From Thermodesulfovibrionales bacterium (GTDB lineage: Bacteria > Nitrospirota > Thermodesulfovibrionia > Thermodesulfovibrionales > UBA9159): DNA of 64,000 bases. Of this stretch, positions 9,040-17,196 are shown in pieces. The notes below the pieces were generated by a model, which worked only from the letters and a program-made list of their open reading frames with translations, was not told the DNA's origin and did not search any database. The first letter of the stretch is position 1. Each line of letters begins with the position of its first letter. Made by a program: the position numbers and the translations under genes. Location: positions 3,534-67,533 of the forward strand of contig DASRZP010000103.1 of NCBI GenBank assembly GCA_035686305.1, read 5' to 3'.

Positions 9040-9414
9040 TCAATTCCCATATCTATGGATTCTATATCCAGCTTCTGCGAGAACGATAACGAAAGACTTC
9101 TCTGTCCTGATCAAGTCTTTCTCATAACCGATGATATCTATAATGTTCTTCACTATCCGCGCTATATTGATGAGACGATGCCTGAGCAGGATTACCTTAC
9201 CCCTTCCCCATAACGTTCCGAACTCCATGAGCCCGCCGAAATCTTTGTCGCCGGATAGGAGGATACGATCGTGTTTTATTGCATACTCCAGAACTCTCTC
9301 ATCACTGCTTCCGGCAAGACCGATCTCAGGCACATAAAGAAGATCATACCCTGCATTGCGCAGGCCTCTGACGATGTCGCTATGGACACTTTCATCAGCA
9401 AGGATTTTGATCAT
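9040..9414 (-). CDS. DUF5615-type PIN-like putative toxin
   Basis: 124 aa (MIKILADESV...DERVLEYAIKHDRILLSGDKDF), resembling the DUF5615/Mut7-C-like partner of DUF433 proteins. Its start overlaps the upstream stop (TAATG). Confidence 0.7.
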   Translation of the reverse strand: MIKILADESVHSDIVRGLRNAGYDLLYVPEIGLAGSSDERVLEYAIKHDRILLSGDKDFGGLMEFGTLWGRGKVILLRHRLINIARIVKNIIDIIGYEKDLIRTEKSFVIVLAEAGYRIHRYGN

Positions 9415-9653
9415 TATTTTCTGCCTGAAAACATCCTAACTTCTTCTCCCTGAAACTGCCTTGCGGCAAAATCAAGCGCGGCATCCAGTCCCGCCTTTGT
9501 CAGCGTCGGGTAACCCCGAAGAATATCTTCCTTAGACATCCCGGATGCGATATTCTGCAGTATCAATGCAACAGATATTCGTGTGCCTTTGACAATAGGC
9601 TTGCCGTTAAGGATTTTCTGGTCCGAAACAATCAATGATTGACGTGTTGCCAT
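9414..9653 (-). CDS. DUF433-family putative antitoxin
   Basis: The likely start is the ATG at 9653 (SD GGAAGGAGG), not the track start at 9701. ILNGKPIVKGTRISVALIL...GYPTLTKAGLDAAL is the DUF433 signature. Confidence 0.75.
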   Translation of the reverse strand: MATRQSLIVSDQKILNGKPIVKGTRISVALILQNIASGMSKEDILRGYPTLTKAGLDAALDFAARQFQGEEVRMFSGRK

Positions 9654-9657
9654 TTGT

Positions 9658-9798
9658 TTACCTCCTTCCACTGTCAGAACTGCCGATAGGATCCTTCCCA
9701 AGCTTTCTAATAGCGTTGCCTATCTGACGCTTCACAGGCGAGTCGAACTTCCTGATATCTCTTCTCACCCTGCGTGTATAGATAAGCCTGTATTTCAC
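9658..9798 (-). pseudogene. truncated RelE/ParE-family toxin remnant (46 codons)
   Basis: The GTG at 9798 overlaps the antitoxin stop (GTGA). The translation VKYRLIYTRRVRRDIRKFDSPVKRQIGNAIRKLGKDP matches the usual N-terminal half of RelE/ParE toxins. It then degenerates to IGSSDSGRR-stop, whose last codons form the SD of the DUF433 gene. Confidence 0.55.
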
Positions 9799-9992
9799 TC
9801 GCCGAAAATGTCCTTGTGTGTGTTGATCCTGCCGGCTTTATAATCAGCCCTGGCCTCTTTCACGCTCCTGAGATATTCTGGAGATGTCATGGCAAGCAGA
9901 TCTTCAATGAACGCATCTCTATCTCTTTTCTTCATCTTCTTGACAGCACCGATAATCGCGTCCGCCGAAACCGGAACTTTAACTGCTAACAT
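9795..9992 (-). CDS. small antitoxin-like protein (partner of the truncated RelE/ParE toxin)
   Basis: 65 aa with SD GAGGAGG upstream. Its position and 4-nt overlap with the toxin remnant support the call. The C-terminus (EYLRSVKEARADYKAGR) resembles antitoxins of RelE/ParE modules. Confidence 0.5.
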   Translation of the reverse strand: MLAVKVPVSADAIIGAVKKMKKRDRDAFIEDLLAMTSPEYLRSVKEARADYKAGRINTHKDIFGE

Positions 9993-10231
9993 ATTTCCTC
10001 CTCGTTTTTGTAAATTCTAACATTCCTTATTGACTTGAGGATATCGTGGTCTATTCATTTCGCCTGCCCTAATGTCTATATTCGGCATGAATTACTTTCC
10101 ATATCTCCTTGCAAGTATTATACATTCATAGGCCTATGTCGGACCTGCAAATCCGCTTCACATCACATCCCTCACACTTCCTAAGCCTCGGCAAAGCATT
10201 GTCGCGTATCGCCCGGCCAGCCTTGATAACC

Positions 10232-12880
10232 TCAGACTCCGTTTTTTTTCAACAACTTCTCGTCCACTAACTCACGGACTGCAGCGCCCGCGCCCTTATC
10301 GAGACTATAGATTTCAACAAGGTCGGCTGATCTCCCCGCAAGCTGCTGGTACCCCATAGCATAGATATGCAGTTGCGTGCTTGTCACGTCTTCCTCCTGT
10401 GCGCGATCCGTAGACTTGAAATCGATAATTATTACCTGCTTTGTATCCGTTCTACGGATGAGATCGATGCGCCCATGTACCACAATGCCTTCGGCTAATT
10501 TCAATTCAACAGTCTTTTCCGCAAATTCAATTTTGTCCAGCACATCCGAATTCTCTCTCAGGTACTTGCGCATCACAATATCCGCCTGAGTGCGCATATC
10601 TACAAGCAGCTTGGGCCACGCGTAAGGCAGATGAAGATGGTCGTCAAGTAATCGGGGAACGTCGTCGGGCTTCAGATACTTGCCATCCAGCGCACGCCTG
10701 TGCACCTCGGCAAGGCAGTCATGCAGAGATTTCCCATACCCGAGTTTCTCATGAAACCCAGGATTGAAACCATACATGTACCTGAGCTTGAATTGATAAG
10801 GGCACTGGAAGTAGTACTTCAGTTCGGCGAATGTCAAAGGTATCTCGATATCAGCCTTTGCTGCCTTGGGCTCGATCTTGGCAATTGATGAAGGAGAAGG
10901 CTCCCTCGTCAGCACAAACTCCGATGCTGTAAATTCACTGACAAACGACGATTGACGCGAATAGTGCCCCGATGTTGCTTCAGGTGCCCAAGTGCAATAG
11001 AGATGCTTCTTGCTTCTCGTAAGGGCGACATAAAAGAGCCGTCGCTCATCTTCGACCGACCCAAGGTAACGCTCCGCTCCCTTTACGGCAGTCGGCGGGA
11101 TCACATGCCACCACTGCCGGCCCCTTGCACTCGGCGTCGGGAATCTGTTCTTAACAAGGTTCGGCAGGAACACGACCGGGAACTCCATCCCCTTGGCCTG
11201 ATGGATCGTCATGATCTGCACCGCATCGGGCGTCACAAAAGCCGCGTCTTCCCAACCCTCAGGGTAATAATCAGCAGCCTGATGCCGTAGAAAGCCTGCG
11301 AAGGCTGCATAAAGACTCTCTGCACTGCTCTGCCAATGGATCTCCTCAAAATCCGTGATCACCTGGCTAAACTTTCCGAGATTGTAATAGACAAGTTCAC
11401 CCCGGTTGCGGTCATGTACGCCGCGCCCAGGTATCGTGTCCTCTCTCAGCTCAATAACCCCAAGAAAACCCTGAAATGTCTGCTGAATGGAATAAGTTCG
11501 GTTGATCAGGCGGTTCGGCCAGTCAGCTTTTTCAGCATCGAGCCACCCAATCGCCCTCTGGAGCTTTGCGTCCTCAATCCCAAGGTTCGCGGCCTGCCAT
11601 GCCTTCCTCAGTTCATCTCCGGTGATCTCACCATTCAGATAGTAGACAATTGCTCTGGCAGCCAGAACTTCTGCCGCGTCAAAGAGACCGGCCCCGCCTT
11701 TAATCACATAAGGGATATTTGCTCGCCTGAGTGCGTCAACGACAGGACCTGCGCTATTCTTAACGCACCGAAGGAGGATTGCGCAATCAGACCATGTAAG
11801 TCCTCTCGAGTGACCTTCTTCCGTAAACGGTACACCGCGCATGGAAAGAACCTTCCCGACAATCCACTCCGCCTCAGCCTGTGGAGAGTTCAACCGACGA
11901 CAAAGTATGTCACCGTAATCGAAAGGTTGTTTCTCACTGCTCTCCATTCTTTTCGGCAGCCGATTGCGGTTCCTCTCCGCAATTTGCCTAGCAGTTTCTA
12001 CAACCCCTTTGCTACTACGGAAATTTTTCGCAAGTGGAACTTGATGGACATCCCTGTATCTCTCCTGAAAACCCAGAATGTTCTGGATATCGCTTCCATT
12101 CCACTGATATATCGTCTGGTCGTCGTCACCGACTACACGCACTTCTGCCCCTAGTTGATAAAGAAGCACCACAAGTGCTTCCTGAAGGGGGTTTACATCC
12201 TGGTATTCGTCTACGATGAGATATTTGACTCTGCCGGCTATCTTTGCTCTCAACTCAGCGTCGCTCTGGAGAGCAGTCACCGCCTCGGTCAGTATCCGAC
12301 TATAGTCAAGATAGCTTTTTCTATCGAGAAGCTGATTATATTTTTGAAGAGCTCCAGCAATTGGATGTGTCCCAAGCGCCTTATCGTCAATGAATGACTC
12401 TCTTATGATCGAGAGGCATCGTTGATACAGGCGAGAGTCCTGCCAACGCTTCAGAGATTTTCCATCGTGGGTGGCAAGGTCCGTCAGCCCTGACTCTTTT
12501 GAATGGCGGTGTATCAGAAGTCGCTGCTGTACATCGTTAAGAACTCTGTATTTCAGGAATCGATACTGGTATGTCTGAAGGAGATCCAAACAGAAACCGT
12601 GAATCGTGCCGACGAACATTTCGGCGAGGCCGGTACTTTGGCCCAACTGCTGGCGACAGAGTGTGTGTATCCGATCCTTGAGTTCCCCGGCGGCTTTTTC
12701 GGTGAAAGTAAACGCAATGATGTTTGGAGGGCCGATGCCTTCTTCAGCCTTGTCTTTAAGAAGCTTAACGACATGCTGTGCGAGCACGCGTGTCTTTCCA
12801 GAACCCGCGCACGCAATCACTTGAAGATTACCGTCCAAATGGTTGATTGCCTCAAGCTGCCGCTCTGTATAGTCCATCAT
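10232..12880 (-). CDS. UvrD/Rep-type SF1 helicase fused to a C-terminal PD-(D/E)XK (RecB/Cas4-like) nuclease domain
   Basis: 882 aa. It has Walker A (ACAGSGKTRVL), motif II (LIVDEYQDVN), TIHQAKGMEFPVVF and YVALTRSKKHLY. The C-terminal nuclease motifs are FQCPYQFKLRY, GRIDLI, IIDFKS and QLHIYAMGY. Its ATG overlaps the radC stop (ATGA, 12877..12880). Confidence 0.85.
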   Translation of the reverse strand: MMDYTERQLEAINHLDGNLQVIACAGSGKTRVLAQHVVKLLKDKAEEGIGPPNIIAFTFTEKAAGELKDRIHTLCRQQLGQSTGLAEMFVGTIHGFCLDLLQTYQYRFLKYRVLNDVQQRLLIHRHSKESGLTDLATHDGKSLKRWQDSRLYQRCLSIIRESFIDDKALGTHPIAGALQKYNQLLDRKSYLDYSRILTEAVTALQSDAELRAKIAGRVKYLIVDEYQDVNPLQEALVVLLYQLGAEVRVVGDDDQTIYQWNGSDIQNILGFQERYRDVHQVPLAKNFRSSKGVVETARQIAERNRNRLPKRMESSEKQPFDYGDILCRRLNSPQAEAEWIVGKVLSMRGVPFTEEGHSRGLTWSDCAILLRCVKNSAGPVVDALRRANIPYVIKGGAGLFDAAEVLAARAIVYYLNGEITGDELRKAWQAANLGIEDAKLQRAIGWLDAEKADWPNRLINRTYSIQQTFQGFLGVIELREDTIPGRGVHDRNRGELVYYNLGKFSQVITDFEEIHWQSSAESLYAAFAGFLRHQAADYYPEGWEDAAFVTPDAVQIMTIHQAKGMEFPVVFLPNLVKNRFPTPSARGRQWWHVIPPTAVKGAERYLGSVEDERRLFYVALTRSKKHLYCTWAPEATSGHYSRQSSFVSEFTASEFVLTREPSPSSIAKIEPKAAKADIEIPLTFAELKYYFQCPYQFKLRYMYGFNPGFHEKLGYGKSLHDCLAEVHRRALDGKYLKPDDVPRLLDDHLHLPYAWPKLLVDMRTQADIVMRKYLRENSDVLDKIEFAEKTVELKLAEGIVVHGRIDLIRRTDTKQVIIIDFKSTDRAQEEDVTSTQLHIYAMGYQQLAGRSADLVEIYSLDKGAGAAVRELVDEKLLKKNGV

Positions 12881-13593
12881 GCACCTGCCTCATAAACCGG
12901 CAGTGCTCCGTCCCGAGAAAAGCTGTAAATCTGCTCGCCTGCCACAATAATATGATCCACCACCTGGACATTGATTCCACCAAGGGCCTGGAACAGATTG
13001 CGAGTTAGCTTGTGGTCGTGGGTAGATGGTTTGGCGCTTCCCGCGGGATGGTTATGCGCAAGAATAACGGAGGCCGCCTTGTGCCTCACTGCCGCCTCTG
13101 CAACATGACGGGGGTGTACAAGGGCATCCTTCACTGTGCCCTCGCTTATCAACGCTGGATAAAGGACTCGAAGCTGAGAGTCAAGACAAATCACATAGAA
13201 TACTTCTTCGGAACGTCCAGCCATGAGGGGCACAAGATACTCGGCTGCCGACTCAGAATTGTTGAGAGGCTTTCGGGAGTGGTTAACACGATCGTGAAAG
13301 TATCGCCGAGTGACCTGAGGGATCATTGAAAGAAAGATAGCGGCATTTTCTCCGATACCTTCAACAGAGGCCAAATCCTTTGGATCGGCCTCAAAGACAG
13401 CTGAAAGACTGCCGAAACGCTGCATCAGCCTGTGCGCTAAAGGGTTTGTATCAAGCCGTGGGATCGTCTGGAATAAGAGAAGCTCAAGAACCTGATGATC
13501 TTCGAAGCTATCCAAGCCTTCTTTGAGGAAACGCATTCTTAACCGCTTACGGTGTCCTGCATGCATTTGTTCCCTAGAAGGAGCCTTGGCCAT
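12877..13593 (-). CDS. radC: RadC-family JAB/MPN-domain protein
   Basis: 238 aa. The N-terminal HhH region (HRKRLRMRFLKEGLDSFEDHQVLELLLF...GIGENAA) and an intact JAMM motif (LAHNHPAGSAKPSTHD) are both present. Confidence 0.85.
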   Translation of the reverse strand: MAKAPSREQMHAGHRKRLRMRFLKEGLDSFEDHQVLELLLFQTIPRLDTNPLAHRLMQRFGSLSAVFEADPKDLASVEGIGENAAIFLSMIPQVTRRYFHDRVNHSRKPLNNSESAAEYLVPLMAGRSEEVFYVICLDSQLRVLYPALISEGTVKDALVHPRHVAEAAVRHKAASVILAHNHPAGSAKPSTHDHKLTRNLFQALGGINVQVVDHIIVAGEQIYSFSRDGALPVYEAGA

Positions 13594-13612
13594 GCAGTGA
13601 CTCTATTGCCCC

Positions 13613-13765
13613 TCAATGAGCGTCTGGGTCATACTCGGATCTTTTTGGTTTGGGCTTTGAGGTATCGTAAGAGGCGAGACCTACAGGGACGGCATTTTTA
13701 CCGGTCTCGGCTTCGTGCCGGTAGGAATCAACATCTTCTTTACCTGAATCCTTCTTCTTGGCCAT
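13613..13765 (-). pseudogene. possible N-terminal remnant of an adenine DNA methyltransferase (type III-like family), 50 codons
   Basis: A short ORF below the track cutoff: MAKKKDSGKEDVDSYRHEAETGKNAVPVGLASYDTSKPKPKRSEYDPDAH-stop. It resembles, from memory, the conserved N-terminus of a methylase family (K-rich start, xYxHxxxRxNxP..GL, then Y..DP.LDPQLVW). It stops inside the DP motif, 20 nt before radC. The assignment is from memory only. Confidence 0.35.
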
Positions 13766-13799
13766 AAACCCTATCCCTTCTCAAACACACGATTTCGCG

Positions 13800-14084
13800 T
13801 TAAACCACTGCCCTTTCAGGTCTCATCCATGCGGGCAGAGGTTCTCCAGTTGCCTCATGATAAAGTGTCTCAGGTGCGATATCCAGCCCGTCAGGCCAGC
13901 ATAATGTTCCGATTTCCTTGTTTACATAGAACTGCTTAAAGTATTCAATATCGGAAAAACGGCTGAAAACACCGCCCTTATATCTATACTTGCTCAAATC
14001 AATAATCCCCTTCTTGCCTTTTTCGAAAACAAGTTCAAGCTTGTATTCTTCAATATATCTTGCTTCTAAAACGTCATAGTACAT
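13800..14084 (-). CDS. DUF2442-family protein
   Basis: 94 aa (LELVFEKGKKGIIDLSKY...WPDGLDIAPETLY), typical of DUF2442. It lies 10 nt downstream of a DUF4160 gene, the usual pairing. Confidence 0.7.
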   Translation of the reverse strand: MYYDVLEARYIEEYKLELVFEKGKKGIIDLSKYRYKGGVFSRFSDIEYFKQFYVNKEIGTLCWPDGLDIAPETLYHEATGEPLPAWMRPERAVV

Positions 14085-14094
14085 TGTGACCTCC

Positions 14095-14355
14095 TTATTT
14101 TAGGGGCTCAATTGGGAACAAGGGTTTCTGATCTTTAGCCAACTCCCAATCTTTCAATAGTTCTTCTTTATGGATATCTGCCCATTCTATAACAAGCCCT
14201 AATGCCTTCGGCGGCAAATATCCTTCCAGTATCGCAAAGTCCTCAATTCTTATCGCTATCGAATAACTTCCGTATCTCGCATGGAAGTGAGGAGGGTTGT
14301 GGTCGTCAAAAAACATTGCTATGACTATACCAAAGAACCTGCTTATCTCAGGCAT
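14095..14355 (-). CDS. DUF4160-family protein
   Basis: 86 aa. MPEISRFFGIVIAMFFDDHNPPHFHARYG is the DUF4160 signature. Confidence 0.7.
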   Translation of the reverse strand: MPEISRFFGIVIAMFFDDHNPPHFHARYGSYSIAIRIEDFAILEGYLPPKALGLVIEWADIHKEELLKDWELAKDQKPLFPIEPLK

Positions 14356-14628
14356 TCCTGCTCCTATAAATCTTACCTACAAGGAGATGTCATAAGAGAT
14401 AAGTCCTTCAGTGAAGACGTTCTTCCGCGTTCTGGCTTCGTCTCCGTGGGCTTCAATTCACTATTGCCATCAGGTGAATCCTTTCTCTTCTTTCCCCTTG
14501 CCATACGCCTCCAGCATGATGGATTCTATCGCGGGACGTTAGTCCTATTTTTCTTTAAATATTAGTATGTTTTAAGATTAATTTCAAGTAACTTATGAAT
14601 GTTAAGTACCCCTGAAAAATGTCTCCCC

Positions 14629-15279
14629 TCAGGCCACTCTCTTGACGAAGATCTCTTTGGCGATATCGGGGTCTAGGGCGACGGTGGTCTCATCAACCTG
14701 GATAACGTAGGAGGGGGTCTTCTGGATCAGTTTCAATATGCTCCCGGCAGCTATGCCTATGGAACCCAGTCTGTTGAGCCTTGCTGCCTCAGAGGGGACG
14801 ATGAATACGATCCTGCCTCTTGCACCGACCTCAAAGGTCGAGAGCCTCATGACGACCGGTGTCACCTCAACCTTATACTTCTTGCAGCATTCGCCCTTCG
14901 GAATAGGCTTTCCATGGGGACATGACGGTGGATGACCGAGGAACGTACAGACGCTGTCCGTCAATTCTTCGCTCAAAATATGCTCCATTTTGCAGGCGTC
15001 AGACTCTACCTGGTCGCTCTTGAGATCAAAGACATCTGTGAAGAGCCTTTCAGCCAGCCGGTGTCTCCTCGTCAAACCCCGGGCCAAGGTACGGCCTCTC
15101 TCAGAGAGCGAGACGTTAGCACCCTCCAGACTGATGAACCCTTCACGCTTCAATGCCTCCTGAAGCTCCTCGAAATCCGGGTCATCCGAACTCAGCCTGA
15201 AGCGCTCTAACTCAGGCCGGCCTTCCTCGTCAAGGAGCCAGAGGAGTTCAAGGGCCTCGTCGATCCGCTCTCTGTCCAC
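14629..15279 (-). CDS. DtxR/MntR-family metal-dependent transcriptional regulator with a C-terminal FeoA/SH3-like domain
   Basis: Has the wHTH plus dimerisation region (LSERGRTLARGLTRRHRLAERLFTDVF), metal-site residues (MEH...CPHG) and a C-terminal FeoA-like segment. Confidence 0.8.
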   Translation of the reverse strand: MDRERIDEALELLWLLDEEGRPELERFRLSSDDPDFEELQEALKREGFISLEGANVSLSERGRTLARGLTRRHRLAERLFTDVFDLKSDQVESDACKMEHILSEELTDSVCTFLGHPPSCPHGKPIPKGECCKKYKVEVTPVVMRLSTFEVGARGRIVFIVPSEAARLNRLGSIGIAAGSILKLIQKTPSYVIQVDETTVALDPDIAKEIFVKRVA

Positions 15280-15906
15280 CTACCCTCCTCCGCATGCAAA
15301 GGGAAGACTGAGGGACATGACGTGCTCAAAGCTCTTCCTGTGGATGGGACAGGGTCCTCTATTCACAATCCTCTTTCTATGGTCCTTTGTTGGGTAGCCC
15401 TTGTGCCGTGAAAAACCATACTCAGGATAGAGAACGTCGTAGTGTTCCATGATCCTGTCCCGCACGACCTTGGCGATGATAGATGCTGCGGCGATAGAAG
15501 CACTCCGTGATTCCCCTTTTATGAGCGACATCTGCCGTATATCCAACGTCTTCAACTGAACAGCGTCGATGAGGAGAAGATCGGGTTCTACAGAAAGGTC
15601 TTTTACGGCCTGCTTCATGGCAAGCTGCGTTGCCTTCAAAATGTTCATCCTGTCTATGACGTCGGCCTCCACAACTCCGACCCCTATGTCAAGGCAGCTG
15701 CAGAAGACTTCCCAGAAAAGGGACTCTCGCTCCCTTTCCGGGACCTTCTTTGAGTCCCTGAGACCGTCGATCCTCTCCGAAGGATCGATCACAACAGCAG
15801 CAGCGACGACCGGCCCGGCAAGGGGACCTCTCCCCGCTTCATCGATACCGGCGATCCTCTGAAATCCTCCGTCCCTGAGGGTTTCATCATACCGGTATAA
15901 ATCCAT
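15280..15906 (-). CDS. rnhB: ribonuclease HII
   Basis: IAGIDEAGRGPLAGPVVAAAV is the RNase HII active-site motif. 208 aa. Confidence 0.9.
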   Translation of the reverse strand: MDLYRYDETLRDGGFQRIAGIDEAGRGPLAGPVVAAAVVIDPSERIDGLRDSKKVPERERESLFWEVFCSCLDIGVGVVEADVIDRMNILKATQLAMKQAVKDLSVEPDLLLIDAVQLKTLDIRQMSLIKGESRSASIAAASIIAKVVRDRIMEHYDVLYPEYGFSRHKGYPTKDHRKRIVNRGPCPIHRKSFEHVMSLSLPFACGGG

Positions 15907-16275
15907 CTAGGCCTCTTTGGGAACGGCGATTCTCTCTCTTTCCTTCTCTTTTATCTTGGCTGCCTTACCCTTCTTTGTTCTGATATAGTAAAGCTTTGCC
16001 CTCCTGACGGAGCCCTTCCGTATCACGTCAATCCGCTCCAGTGACGGCGAATGGAGAGGGAATATCCTTTCCACGCCGATCCCGAAGGAGACCTTTCTGA
16101 CCATGAACGTACCCCTGACGCCTGTTCCCCGTCTCGCGATAACAACGCCCTCAAAGGGCTGGATCCTTTCCTTGTCTCCCTCAACAACCTTGACGAAAAC
16201 CTTCACCGTATCGCCAACCCGAAAAGCAGGAACGTCCTTCCTGTATCCTTCTTCAACGGCACTCACGAGATTCAT
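15907..16275 (-). CDS. rplS: 50S ribosomal protein L19
   Basis: [33 protein letters not shown] is the canonical L19 sequence. The trmD-rplS synteny is present. Confidence 0.95.
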   Translation of the reverse strand: MNLVSAVEEGYRKDVPAFRVGDTVKVFVKVVEGDKERIQPFEGVVIARRGTGVRGTFMVRKVSFGIGVERIFPLHSPSLERIDVIRKGSVRRAKLYYIRTKKGKAAKIKEKERERIAVPKEA

Positions 16276-17008
16276 CTTCTTCCTCCTTAATCTCTGAAAG
16301 TAATGTATGGTCTTCCCGCGTAAGCGAGGCCTTTTGGAGAAGATCGGGCCTCATCCTCAATGTGCCCTTCAACGCCTCCTTCCTTCTCCACCTCGCAATG
16401 TCCTTATGATTACCCGACAGGAGCACATCAGGGACCTTCATCCCCCGGTACTCCGGCGGCCTGGTGTAATGGGGGTAATCGAGGATACCCCACGAGAAGG
16501 ACTCCTCCACGACGGAACGTTCATCACCTAATGCTCCCGGCAGCAGCCTGACGAGAGCATCTATTATAACCAAAGCCGGCAGTTCCCCGCCAGTCAAAAT
16601 ATAATCTCCTATCGACAGCTCAAGGTCAACGAGTCTCTCTCTTACCCGTTCATCGATTGCCTCATACCTTCCGCATAAAAAAAGGAGTCTCCTCCTCTCC
16701 TGTGACAGGGCAAGAGCCGCCTCCTGATGGAAGGGTCTTCCCTTGGGCGTCAGCATGATCGTGCAGGTCTCGACTCCGTCTGCCTTTACGGACTCCACAG
16801 CGTCAAAAAAGGGTCCTGGCTTCATGACCATCCCCGATCCTCCTCCGTAAGGATGATCATCGACGGTCCTGTGCTTGTCAGTCGTAAAATCCCTGAGGTT
16901 GTGCACCTTCAGATCGATGATTCCTTTCTGGATCGCCCTCTTCAGAATGCTCTCGGAGAAGTAGGCATGGAAGATGCCGGGGAATATGGTGATGATCTCG
17001 CATCTCAT
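16253..17008 (-). CDS. trmD: tRNA (guanine37-N1)-methyltransferase
   Basis: The start is taken at Met12 of the track ORF (ATG at 17008): [25 protein letters not shown] and [10 protein letters not shown] are TrmD motifs. Confidence 0.9.
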   Translation of the reverse strand: MRCEIITIFPGIFHAYFSESILKRAIQKGIIDLKVHNLRDFTTDKHRTVDDHPYGGGSGMVMKPGPFFDAVESVKADGVETCTIMLTPKGRPFHQEAALALSQERRRLLFLCGRYEAIDERVRERLVDLELSIGDYILTGGELPALVIIDALVRLLPGALGDERSVVEESFSWGILDYPHYTRPPEYRGMKVPDVLLSGNHKDIARWRRKEALKGTLRMRPDLLQKASLTREDHTLLSEIKEEEDESRECR

Positions 17009-17196
17009 GACGCACCGTGTATACTTTTTTGAGGCTTTCAAAAAGCTTAATAGAATCGCTCTCTTTTGTCAACGCACCGTCGCTTCCCTGTTCCATGGGA
17101 GGAGTGAGTCGGCAGGGATTGGAGAGTTTTTCGCCCTCAGACGTATCAACGGGGACAATGGACAAGGAAGGGAATGTTTTGTATGATTACAATAGG

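Noticed and set aside
10095-10130. TATAAT, AAGGAG and an 8-codon mini-ORF (MESNSCRI) on the minus strand downstream of the helicase gene, considered as a possible leader peptide.
   Set aside because: The SD-to-ATG spacing is only about 2 nt, and nothing downstream is obviously regulated by it. It is most likely fortuitous.
14373-14504. A 43-codon ORF (MARGKKRKDSPDGNSELKPTETKPERGRT...) upstream of DUF4160. It has an SD and a vaguely similar Lys-rich start to the methylase-like remnant at 13765.
   Set aside because: The similarity is limited to a few Lys/Asp codons, there is no recognisable motif, and it is very short. The evidence is insufficient to call a gene or a second remnant.
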